NCBI GenBank assembly: GCA_046704385.1
Contig: JBJKSB010000079.1
Location: forward strand, 51,427-115,426
Direction of reading: 5' to 3'
DNA length: 64,000 nucleotides
Source of the DNA: Bacteroidales bacterium
GTDB taxonomy: Bacteria > Bacteroidota > Bacteroidia > Bacteroidales > SZUA-534
Shown here: positions 19,501 to 27,112 of the stretch, piece after piece
Numbering within the stretch: the first letter of the stretch is position 1
How the letters are laid out: each line of letters begins with the position of its first letter
Translations under genes and position numbers: made by a program
Notes under the pieces: generated by a model
Seen by the model: only the letters and a program-made list of their open reading frames with translations
What the model was told of the DNA's origin: nothing
The model's database searches: none

Positions 19501-19674
19501 CTGAGGCGATGCCCCGGGGTATGCCAGTTGAATAGTAATAATTCGCGACTCAATTAAAGGGAAAAATGATGATTTCATGTTCAGCCCGCCAACAAACCCA
19601 AAAACCACAAAGGCAATAATCAGCATGTTTACTGAAACGGGATACTTTATAAAATAGGAAATAATTTTTTTCAC
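16525..19674 (-). CDS. RND efflux permease (AcrB/HAE1-like)
   Basis: 1049 aa with a 12-TM architecture and two large periplasmic loops, including typical blocks (LSLFGMILVVGILVDDGIVIGENI; LGIIALVGIVVNDGLVLIE). Confidence 0.9.
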   Translation of the reverse strand: MKKIISYFIKYPVSVNMLIIAFVVFGFVGGLNMKSSFFPLIESRIITIQLAYPGASPQEMEEGVVLKIENNLKGLVGIDRFTSRSMENSATITVEVLKGYDVNVILANVKNAVDKVPSFPSGMEPPVVSKQEGIQDVISFVVSGKNVPLTTLKATARDIETDFRAMDGVSQIQLSGFPLEEIEIAVNEDKLRAYDLTFKEISDAVARANLLITGGSVKTDEEEYLIRARNRSYHGEELNFVIVKANYKGHVVYLKDVATVRDRWSETPDKSYYNGELSVEVDVQSTNNEDFLNIAGKAEKYIADFNESHKDIKLNITSNRATVLKQRTKLLVKNAGYGLLLIVILLSLFLRPRIAFWVAMGLPVAFLGFFMMASHLGITINILSLFGMILVVGILVDDGIVIGENIYDHFQKGKKPIQAAVDGVMEVVAPVGSAILTTVVAFLAFYFLDGRSGEFFSQVASVVIITLSISLVEAVLILPAHLAHSKALTPNQKTYVFNRWADKFLNWVRDKLYGPYLTFFLKNRILGIAIPISLLIITIGAMGGGVIRFTFFPSVASDRVVITLDMPQGTSEQITTANIERIEKAVNEVNAELTEKQTGHIPVVENVIRKIGPGTANATLTVNLLPGEERDFDSDEIANAIQQKVGPIPEAENLNYGAGTNFGGRPVSVSIIGENIADLKAAKDELKSIMSNNPKLKNVTDDDPQGIKEIRIKLKEKAHMLGLSLNDVMGQVRSGFFGMQVQRFQRGQDEIKVWVRYERKTRSSISNLFNMRIVTPSGARVPLNEIAYYNIERGEIAINHLDGKREIKVEADMINRKESATDATAEIRDVIFPKIKARYPSVSAIFEGQNREATKTSQSAKTVVPVILFLIYAIIAFTFRSYEQPFMLIMMIPFSLIGVAWGHWIHGLPVNMLSFLGIIALVGIVVNDGLVLIEKFNGNLRDGMKFNDALVDAGKSRFRAIFLTSVTTVGGLAPLIFETSRQAQFLIPMAVSVAYGIAIATFLNLLMLPLLLSIGNSTRTNVIYWFTGTKPSKEEVERSIKELKANDHE

Positions 19675-19827
19675 AATAGTAAGCTAAATGTTTTTACTCG
19701 TATTTATAATGTGTTTTATGGAATCTTTTAATGAGAATTCTTATCATAAATTTATTGTCGATTGCATGAGATAAGCAACCTGGCAATTTTTAAATGTTTA
19801 ATCACCAGGCATTTTTTCAAGCAGGAA

Positions 19828-20940
19828 TTATTGCATATATATTGAAACCTTCATCCCCTCAAAGGCCTTGGGAACAGGCTTTGCCAGGATGGTTTCGCCG
19901 TCTTTTAATCCCCTCACCAAAATGGTTTGATCATTTTGATATACAACCTGAACCTCAGCTAATTGCAGCAGACTATCTTTAACGGTATAAAGTTCATTTT
20001 GATTAACTAATAAATTACGCGGCACTTCCATAATATCGTCCAATACTTTCGATTTCAGGTAAGCTTTTAAATACATTCCCTCTTTCAATCCTTTTCCTTT
20101 AACTTCAACAAACACATTAACTGTTTGCGAGCTTAAATCTACTTTTTCGTTAATACGGATTATGCGTCCGCTATATTCCTGGTTTTCTTTTTCAAGATTT
20201 TTTACCACCACCTGGTCGCCAACTTCCAATTTCGATATAAGAGCACTGTTAACCGAAATCTCCATTTCATAAGTTGTCGGATCGACAAATTCACCTATAA
20301 GCTGCCCCGGGCTTACCAGCGAACCAGGAGTAATATTGGCTTCGGTCAGTACGCCATCGTAAGGAGCATAAAAAGTGTATTTGCTGAGTTTAATTTCGAG
20401 ATTTTTAATAGAATAGTAATTGGTATAAATATTCTTTGAAGCGATAAAAAGCTTTTCTTTTTCAGATTGTGGTTTAGGCAATTCTGCCAATGGTTTTGAG
20501 ATATCAAAATTATTCAGGTATTGCTGCCATGTTTTAAACGAACCATTATAATCGAGCCGTAAGTCGGGCATAATGGAAACGATCAAATTCTGAAAAGAGC
20601 TTTTTTGAGCCAGCAGACTGGTATAAAACTCATCGCTGTTAAGTTTATAAACCAGGTCGCCTTTTGCGAACCAAACACCCGGTTTGAACTCTTTCGATGT
20701 TATTTCCAAAACTCCCTGAACCTCAGAATAAAGTTTAATTTTGTTTTTTGCAACCAGGCTACCACTGGCAGGAATGGTTACCGGCATATTCTTATTTTCG
20801 ACACTGGTGGTATAAGCCAGGGGCGCAGTATGTGCACGGGCTGCCATCACGGGCCTTTTCCTGTTCTTTAATTTGTTTGACAACAAAAACGAAAAAGCTA
20901 TTAAAACAGCTGCCACAATAATTGTAATGTATTTCTTCAT
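19828..20940 (-). CDS. RND efflux periplasmic adaptor (membrane fusion protein, HlyD family)
   Basis: N-terminal anchor and a barrel-sandwich/hairpin organisation, positioned directly upstream of the RND pump. Confidence 0.85.
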   Translation of the reverse strand: MKKYITIIVAAVLIAFSFLLSNKLKNRKRPVMAARAHTAPLAYTTSVENKNMPVTIPASGSLVAKNKIKLYSEVQGVLEITSKEFKPGVWFAKGDLVYKLNSDEFYTSLLAQKSSFQNLIVSIMPDLRLDYNGSFKTWQQYLNNFDISKPLAELPKPQSEKEKLFIASKNIYTNYYSIKNLEIKLSKYTFYAPYDGVLTEANITPGSLVSPGQLIGEFVDPTTYEMEISVNSALISKLEVGDQVVVKNLEKENQEYSGRIIRINEKVDLSSQTVNVFVEVKGKGLKEGMYLKAYLKSKVLDDIMEVPRNLLVNQNELYTVKDSLLQLAEVQVVYQNDQTILVRGLKDGETILAKPVPKAFEGMKVSIYMQ

Positions 20941-20958
20941 TCTTTACCTCGTTTAAAT

Positions 20959-20974
20959 TAGTTGCATCAGCAAC
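20959..20974. promoter_or_regulatory. Candidate MarR operator half-palindrome at the marR/adaptor junction
   Basis: The sequence tagttgcatcagcaac (GTTGCA-n3-GCAAC) shares the TAGTTGCAT arm with the perfect palindrome at 21453-21470, and it overlaps the marR stop codon. Confidence 0.4.
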
Positions 20975-21410
20975 CTTTTGAATCATTTATGTTTTGATGT
21001 ATTTTTTTAAGTACCTGAATAACAGTATCTATTTCATTATCACTAATATTTTTTTGAAGATCGGAAACCATATCCTCCCTTATATGTTCCGTTTCTGATA
21101 AAATTCTTTCACCTCGTGTAGTCAGATAAATCAGGTTAATCCTCTTATCGTCATTTGAGGGAATGCGGGCAATTAAATTCTTTTTTTCAAGCGTATTAAA
21201 CAACCTTGCAAGCGAGGTTTTATCACGATTTGCAAGACATGCAATTCCATTTTGGGATACCCCGTTATGCTCCGATAATACTTTCAACATTACCCATTGC
21301 TCTTTGGTAAGATCGAATCCTTCCACCTTAAGCAGGTGAGTATGATATGAATCAATCATTTTTGAAGTCACTCCCAGCCATGGGAAAATATCATCATTAA
21401 ATTTTTCCAT
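20967..21410 (-). CDS. MarR-family transcriptional regulator
   Basis: 147 aa with a winged HTH (QNGIACLANRDKTSLARLFNTLEKKNLIARIPSNDDKRINLIYLTTRG). It is the first gene of the efflux operon. Confidence 0.85.
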   Translation of the reverse strand: MEKFNDDIFPWLGVTSKMIDSYHTHLLKVEGFDLTKEQWVMLKVLSEHNGVSQNGIACLANRDKTSLARLFNTLEKKNLIARIPSNDDKRINLIYLTTRGERILSETEHIREDMVSDLQKNISDNEIDTVIQVLKKIHQNINDSKGC

Positions 21411-21452
21411 CTTTCCTTAAAAACGGGTGCGAAAGTATATAAAGTTTTTTAT

Positions 21453-21470
21453 TAGTTGCATATGCAACTA
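21453..21470. promoter_or_regulatory. Perfect 18-bp palindrome, candidate MarR operator
   Basis: The sequence tagttgcatatgcaacta is its own reverse complement. It lies 43 nt upstream of the marR ATG, in the divergent spacer shared with the GNAT/ATP-grasp gene. Confidence 0.55.
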
Positions 21471-21590
21471 TATTTTTTTACCATTAATTTTCATCAGAAC
21501 CACATATCTGCCTGATATAGTGGTGTTATCGTCGTTTGTTTTATGAATCAAAATTTAGACAGTCATATGATATTCAATTCAATTATCTAT

Positions 21591-21598
21591 TACATTTG
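21591..21598 (+). promoter_or_regulatory. Candidate -7 promoter element (TAnnTTTG) for the GNAT/ATP-grasp gene
   Basis: TACATTTG ends 23 nt upstream of the ATG at 21622. Confidence 0.4.
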
Positions 21599-21621
21599 CA
21601 TTGTTTTTTAATAAAAATTTT

Positions 21622-23589
21622 ATGCCGCTGAGTATAAGAAAGGCAGTGCTCGCAGATTTAGATCTGATAGAAAAAATAGAAGATCAGTGTTTTGAAGATT
21701 TTCAACGTAGTCCCCGCAGAGCTTTGCGATTAAGTATCACCTCGAGTTTTCAGGGAGTCTGGCTTGCCAGCCTAAAAAAGGGTAATAAAAAAATACCCGT
21801 TGGAATGATCGTTTATAACTTTTATCCAAAGACCCTTCGTATTTATTCTGTTGCTGTACTTCCCGAATTTCAGGGACAGGGTTTTGGAAAGGAGCTGTTA
21901 GAACATGCTCATAATACAGCTATTAATGCGAATTATGAAAAGATATCGCTTGAAGCTTTGGCCAGCAACAAAAAACTAATTTCATTTTACAACAAAGCCG
22001 GTTTTGTTGAAACCGATAAATTACCTGATTATTATGTAAAAGGTAAAGATGCCGTCAGGATGGTTTTGGTGATCAGCGACCCGCAGGAGAAAAAGCCAAT
22101 CACCAATATTATTGTGGTAGACAACCCTAAAAAATGGAAACTAAACATTGAGGGGCTTCGGATCATCTCGGCTAAAGATTACCTGTCGAATCATGAGTTT
22201 CAACTTATAAAAAATGTGCGGATTTTTAATCTTTCGAATTCGTACCGGTACCAAAGCTCGGGCTATTATGTTTCGTTACTGGCCTCAGCCCGTGAACACC
22301 GGGCTATACCCAACGTAACCACTATCCGCGATTTCCGGAATGTGTCCATTATCAGAACCATTGCCACTGAAATTGACGATTTGATGCAAAAGACCCTGGA
22401 AAAGTATCATGTCGCTCAGGTAAACATTGATATTTATTTCGGGCAGACCATAAATTCATCGTTTCGTAACCTGGGGCAACAATTATATCGCCTGTTCGAA
22501 ACTCCCCTGCTCCACGTACAATTCCAAAAAACTGACCGCTGGATTATTCAAAAGGTAACACCAATAAGCCACGATAAAATTAGCGATGAAGACTGGGAAA
22601 AAATTCAGAATTTTGCACAAAATTACTTCTCGCGGAAGCGTTTTAACCGGCCACGGTTCCAGAATTATAAATACGACCTGGCCATTTTAGTAAATCCGAA
22701 TGAGAAAAATCCGCCCTCATGTCCGGTAGCTCTTGAAAATTTTAAGAAAGCAGCCAAAAAAACAGGCTTTTATACTGAATTTATTACCAAAGACGACTAC
22801 GACCGCATTACGGAATTTGATGCATTGTTTATCAGGGAAACCACTTCGGTTAATGATCATACCTACCATTTTTCACGCACGGCTTACGCCGAAGGATTAG
22901 TAGTAATTGATGATCCCTGGAGTATTTTACGCTGTTCAAATAAAATTTTCCTGAATGAGCGGATGCTGCAAAATAACATAACCATGCCCAAAAGTTGGGT
23001 GCTTGGCAAAGGAATGACCAAGCCCGGATTTTATAAAAATCTTGTATATCCGCTGGTATTAAAACAACCCGATAGCGCCTTTTCACTTGGCGTTACCAAA
23101 GTTAATAACCAGCAGGAATTGGAAGAGTCAATAAGCAAATTGTTTAAAAAATCGGATTTAATTATTGCCCAGGAATTTCTTCCTTCTGAATTCGATTGGC
23201 GTATTGGTATCTTAGACCAAAAACCTCTTTATGCCTGTAAATATTTTATGGCTAAAAACCACTGGCAAATTGTGGATTGGAATGGCGGAGATTCAAACGA
23301 TATTTTTGGTGATTCAGAAACCCTGCCATTGGATAAAGTACCTGAACAAATACTTAAAGTAGCTACTAAAGCTGCCTCATTAATGGGCGACGGGCTTTAT
23401 GGTGTCGACCTCAAATTGATAAACAACAAAGTGTATGTGATAGAGGTTAATGATAATCCCAACATTGATGCTGACATTGAAGATTTAGTACTTAAAGATG
23501 AACTCTATCTGAAAGTAATGCAATCTATTTATAACCGGATTGAAATGTCGAGAAATATGGCAAGGTTTGTATCGGTGGAGGCAAATTAA
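21622..23589 (+). CDS. Fusion protein: GNAT N-acetyltransferase + RimK-like N-terminal (RLAN-like) region + RimK-type ATP-grasp ligase
   Basis: N-terminal GNAT with the acetyl-CoA motif VLPEFQGQGFGKELLEHA. The middle region (about residues 170-350) resembles the RimK-like ATP-grasp N-terminal domain. The C-terminal ATP-grasp has IAQEFLPSEFDWRIGILD and GVDLKLINNKVYVIEVNDNPNID. I prefer the ATG at 21622 over the TTG at 21601 in the ORF track. Confidence 0.75.
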   Translation: MPLSIRKAVLADLDLIEKIEDQCFEDFQRSPRRALRLSITSSFQGVWLASLKKGNKKIPVGMIVYNFYPKTLRIYSVAVLPEFQGQGFGKELLEHAHNTAINANYEKISLEALASNKKLISFYNKAGFVETDKLPDYYVKGKDAVRMVLVISDPQEKKPITNIIVVDNPKKWKLNIEGLRIISAKDYLSNHEFQLIKNVRIFNLSNSYRYQSSGYYVSLLASAREHRAIPNVTTIRDFRNVSIIRTIATEIDDLMQKTLEKYHVAQVNIDIYFGQTINSSFRNLGQQLYRLFETPLLHVQFQKTDRWIIQKVTPISHDKISDEDWEKIQNFAQNYFSRKRFNRPRFQNYKYDLAILVNPNEKNPPSCPVALENFKKAAKKTGFYTEFITKDDYDRITEFDALFIRETTSVNDHTYHFSRTAYAEGLVVIDDPWSILRCSNKIFLNERMLQNNITMPKSWVLGKGMTKPGFYKNLVYPLVLKQPDSAFSLGVTKVNNQQELEESISKLFKKSDLIIAQEFLPSEFDWRIGILDQKPLYACKYFMAKNHWQIVDWNGGDSNDIFGDSETLPLDKVPEQILKVATKAASLMGDGLYGVDLKLINNKVYVIEVNDNPNIDADIEDLVLKDELYLKVMQSIYNRIEMSRNMARFVSVEAN

Positions 23590-23763
23590 CTAAAGCTTTA
23601 AATATGTTAGCTTTGCTTTATTAAAATTATCACCAATTTTTTTCTCAATAACTTTCTCAGTTTCATAAGCTCTCTCGTCTTTTGATAAGGATTTGATACT
23701 TGAAAGTTTTATGGTCATAGGCTTTCCAGCATAAAGGACCAAAGTACTGTATTTGTATTCCAT
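23590..23763 (-). CDS. Possible 57-aa small protein (hypothetical; hand-translated, below the ORF-track cutoff)
   Basis: ATG at 23763 and TAG at 23590-23592. The product is MEYKYSTLVLYAGKPMTIKLSSIKSLSKDERAYETEKVIEKKIGDNFNKAKLTYLKL. The stop abuts the convergent GNAT/ATP-grasp stop. I recognise no homology. Confidence 0.25.
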   Translation of the reverse strand: MEYKYSTLVLYAGKPMTIKLSSIKSLSKDERAYETEKVIEKKIGDNFNKAKLTYLKL

Positions 23764-23894
23764 ATTTTGACTTTTAATTACTTACAGATTTACATAACTA
23801 AAATACATAGTTAAAACCGTAATGTCAATAGGCGCAGGTGATGTTTTATAAATTATTGAGAAACAGGGTAATGGAGGATAAAATCCAAATTTAT

Positions 23895-23921
23895 CCCTCC
23901 TAACCCCCCTCGAGGGAGGAC
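23895..23921. repeat. Copy C of the G+C-rich hairpin repeat
   Basis: The sequence ccctcctaacccccctcgagggaggac contains the 10-bp palindrome ccctcgaggg (23907-23916) and is preceded by the hairpin ggaggataaa/tttatccctcc (23873-23900). Confidence 0.5.
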
Positions 23922-24000
23922 TTTTCCAATTAAGCTTCTCAGCTAAATTTTTAACTATAAATACAATTTTTAAAAGCACTTCTGACGAATCGGAGAAAGT

Positions 24001-24028
24001 GTCCCCTTGAGGGGACTTTAGGGGTGAC
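24001..24028. repeat. Copy D of the G+C-rich hairpin repeat; possible fucP terminator
   Basis: The sequence gtccccttgaggggactttaggggtgac has the arms gtcccct/aggggac, and it lies 41-68 nt downstream of the fucP stop (24069). Confidence 0.5.
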
Positions 24029-24068
24029 TGGGTAAGAATTTACATTTTATATCACCTAAATTTTCCTA

Positions 24069-25358
24069 CTATAAAATAACAGAATTCTTACCAGTCAAAC
24101 TTTCTTTCAACCGCTTATTATACAAAGCATACGAACCAATAACCACAAAACAGATCAGTGGTAAAATATAGGAAAGGTTAACCCCAACCATATCGATTAA
24201 GGCACCCTGAAGCGGCGTAATTACAGCACCACCCAAAATAGCCATAATCAATCCCGATGACCCGACTTTGGTTTCTTCGTCGTTCAAACCTTCGCTACCC
24301 ATACCAAATATGGTTGGAAACATGAGTGACATAAATGCAGAAATACCTATGAGCGAAAAGACACCAACCAGCCCACCCACAAAAATGACACTTAAGGACA
24401 GTAGTCCGGCCATAATTGAGGCTATCAACAATAAGGAATAATCCTTGTACTTTTTCATTAGCATGGTAAAAATCCACCGTGAAAAACCGAAAAGGGCTAA
24501 TGCAACTGTATGGTATTTCAGCGCCACTTCAGGTGTTACATGCAAATGTGCTGGAATATAAAAATTAGTATAAGTCCAAACTGTTATTTGCGCACCTACA
24601 TAAAAAAACTGGGCAATAACGGCATAGCTATAATTCTTTTTTCTGAAAAGGTTTTTAAATGTTTTGAATAAATGAATATCTTCATGCGTATCACCCACTT
24701 TTGGCATCCGGGTCATAGCTATTAATATCCAAACAACCACTAAGATTGCTGCGATTGACAAGTATGGGAAAATAACAATTCTAAGGGTTTCATTTATCTG
24801 ACCGGCAGCAATAGAAATATTTCCTGCATCATCAAGCGGCATCTTGGCCATTATCAGGATTTGACATAATAGAATACCCGTAACAGCCCCGATGGGATTG
24901 AACGACTGGGCAAAATTTAAGCGCCGTGTAGCGGTTTCCTTTGGTCCCAAAACCAACACATAAGGATTGGCATTAGTCTCCAGAATACTTAATCCTGAGG
25001 CCAAAATATAATATGACAGACAGAAAAAAATGAAATGCTGCAACAATGTGGAAGGATATAATAAAAAACATCCGAATGCATACAGCCCTAAGCCCACTAA
25101 AACTCCTGTTTTATATGAGAATTTTCGCGATATAATAGCTCCCGGAATGGCCATACAGAAATAGCCAAAATAAAAGGCAAACTGTATTAATGATGCCTGA
25201 AAGGTACTGAGTTCCCCAAAAATAGCTTTAAAAACCCTGACCAATGGATCCGTAAGATTGTTGGCGATTCCCCACCACATAAAGCAACTGGCCAGCAATA
25301 TAAAAGCCGGAACATATTTTTTTTCAAGTAAGACGGGTTTTTGAGTTATTGCATCCAT
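24069..25358 (-). CDS. fucP: L-fucose:H+ symporter permease
   Basis: 12-TM MFS with the FucP-type N-terminal block CFMWWGIANNLTDPLVRVFKAIF. It is the last gene of the fucose cluster. Confidence 0.85.
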   Translation of the reverse strand: MDAITQKPVLLEKKYVPAFILLASCFMWWGIANNLTDPLVRVFKAIFGELSTFQASLIQFAFYFGYFCMAIPGAIISRKFSYKTGVLVGLGLYAFGCFLLYPSTLLQHFIFFCLSYYILASGLSILETNANPYVLVLGPKETATRRLNFAQSFNPIGAVTGILLCQILIMAKMPLDDAGNISIAAGQINETLRIVIFPYLSIAAILVVVWILIAMTRMPKVGDTHEDIHLFKTFKNLFRKKNYSYAVIAQFFYVGAQITVWTYTNFYIPAHLHVTPEVALKYHTVALALFGFSRWIFTMLMKKYKDYSLLLIASIMAGLLSLSVIFVGGLVGVFSLIGISAFMSLMFPTIFGMGSEGLNDEETKVGSSGLIMAILGGAVITPLQGALIDMVGVNLSYILPLICFVVIGSYALYNKRLKESLTGKNSVIL

Positions 25359-25370
25359 ATAAATTTAGTT

Positions 25371-25712
25371 TTAGTGACAGCCTGTTAAATTAAAAATATT
25401 TTTCATGGGTTGCCATTTTTCTGATAAATTATCTGTTAATCGTTTTTGATAGGCATCCATCATTATCTCCCATTCTTCTTGTTTTGGCAATGTTGACAAT
25501 TTTTTCATTTGTAAATCCCAATCAAAATCATCATCGGTTTCCACAAGCATAAATAAACGATTTTGCCAGCGATAAATTTCCATCTGTCTGATACCTACCT
25601 GACGAATTCCTTCCGGTATTTCTTTCCATATTTTACCCGGCGAATGCCATTTTTCATATTCGGCAATTTTAGCGGGATCATTCTGTAAATCGAGAGTTAA
25701 ACAGTGTTTCAT
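25371..25712 (-). CDS. L-rhamnose-mutarotase-family (DUF718/RhaM-like) protein, probably an L-fucose mutarotase
   Basis: 113 aa with KIAEYEKWH...IWKEIPEGIRQVGIRQMEIYRWQNRLFMLVE, typical of the RhaM fold. It sits between fucK and fucP. Confidence 0.7.
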   Translation of the reverse strand: MKHCLTLDLQNDPAKIAEYEKWHSPGKIWKEIPEGIRQVGIRQMEIYRWQNRLFMLVETDDDFDWDLQMKKLSTLPKQEEWEIMMDAYQKRLTDNLSEKWQPMKNIFNLTGCH

Positions 25713-27109
25713 TTTTCAGGATATACTATGTTATAATTACGACATGTTTTTTCCACAGCTTCTTCTATATTTTTATAATTCCCTATTGCCGTTTGTGCAA
25801 ACAATGAAGCCCCAAGTACCGTCGTTTCAGCTTGTTGAACGATTTTTAGGGGAATGCCCAAAATATTTGCGCGTATTTGGTTCCACAACCGGTTTTTTGA
25901 ACCGCCTCCGGCAATTATCAAAGAGCTGGCCTTAAACTTACCGGCATTTTGTAATAACTCAAGACTTTCCTTTGTTTTTTTTGACAGCGCTACCAACGCA
26001 GCCCTGTATATCTGTGCCCGGTGGGTATGCAAACTCAATCCGGTAATACTACCGGCATTGTTCATAAAATTAGCAGAAAACGCTACGTCTCCAGTATTGT
26101 CAATGGTCTCAGCTTCCGAAATCATAATTTCGTATATATTCTTATCTGAAAGTAAAGCATCTGAATAAAAATTCTGTTTTAACCATTCCAACACACCCGA
26201 AGCCAGCCATTGCGACCCTGTATTTATTAAACCGGATCGAGCATCCAATTCGTTGGTTAATCCAGCTTTCAATGTTCCTGAACTTAAATCGGCACGTTGG
26301 CATCTTGTCATTAAAATCTCCCAGGTTCCCGAATTCAATACCACTTCGTTTTCTCCTACCCCGGAACCTATCAGGGCAAACTGGGTGTCGTGTCCGGCTA
26401 AAACAACCGGAGTCCTTTCCTTTAAACCTAATTGTACCGCTATTTCAGTTTTTAAATATCCTGCTATGGTGCCCGGCTCACCCAATTCAAAAAATCTTTC
26501 AGGAATTCCGGTCAACCAGAGTATTTCATCAGAAAACGAACGCGTTTTTAAATCGGTAAACATACTCGTTCCGGCCATAGTTGTATCATTCACCAGGGTA
26601 CCTGTAAGTTTATGTACAAAAATGGATGAAATAAACAGCCATCCTTCCATCTGCTCCAATATTTCAGGCCGGTTTTCTTTTAACCATATCAATACATTGA
26701 TGGTGTTAAAGCTAAAAGCATTCACACCAGAAATGCTATAGAGTTTTTCCAGGGCAATATATTTACTTATATCCCGCATTATGGGCCCTGTACGCTGACA
26801 TTGCCATGAAATAACCGGATAAAGAAGATTACCGTTTTTATCAATTGGTGCGCCGTTCACCCCAAAAGTAGTAATGGTTATAGCCCCAATCCTTTTTGCA
26901 TCAATATTTGATACAACCTGATTAACGCATATGACAAATTTTTGCCATATCTCGTCCACATCCCATATGAGCCCACCCGAAAAAAATGGATCTGACTGCG
27001 TTGCATTAGGTAACGAATGCATAGCCTCAATCTGTCCTGATGTATTCATAGCCACAGCTCTTACGTTAGTGGCACCACAATCAAAAACCAGCGTCAGGTT
27101 CTTCTTCAT
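25709..27109 (-). CDS. fucK: L-fuculokinase (FGGY carbohydrate kinase)
   Basis: Strong recalled similarity to E. coli FucK along its length (VFDCGATNVRAVA; YPVISWQCQRT; AGHDTQFALIGSG; SSLIIAGGGSKNRLWNQIRANILGIP). Confidence 0.85.
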   Translation of the reverse strand: MKKNLTLVFDCGATNVRAVAMNTSGQIEAMHSLPNATQSDPFFSGGLIWDVDEIWQKFVICVNQVVSNIDAKRIGAITITTFGVNGAPIDKNGNLLYPVISWQCQRTGPIMRDISKYIALEKLYSISGVNAFSFNTINVLIWLKENRPEILEQMEGWLFISSIFVHKLTGTLVNDTTMAGTSMFTDLKTRSFSDEILWLTGIPERFFELGEPGTIAGYLKTEIAVQLGLKERTPVVLAGHDTQFALIGSGVGENEVVLNSGTWEILMTRCQRADLSSGTLKAGLTNELDARSGLINTGSQWLASGVLEWLKQNFYSDALLSDKNIYEIMISEAETIDNTGDVAFSANFMNNAGSITGLSLHTHRAQIYRAALVALSKKTKESLELLQNAGKFKASSLIIAGGGSKNRLWNQIRANILGIPLKIVQQAETTVLGASLFAQTAIGNYKNIEEAVEKTCRNYNIVYPEK

Positions 27110-27112
27110 TTT

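Noticed and set aside
23782-23979. 65-aa minus-strand ORF (…PPSRGVRRDKFGFYPPLP…) in the GNAT-fucP spacer.
   Set aside because: The reading frame is produced by translating the G+C-rich hairpin repeat copy C and its neighbouring hairpin. It has no plausible start context or protein-like composition.
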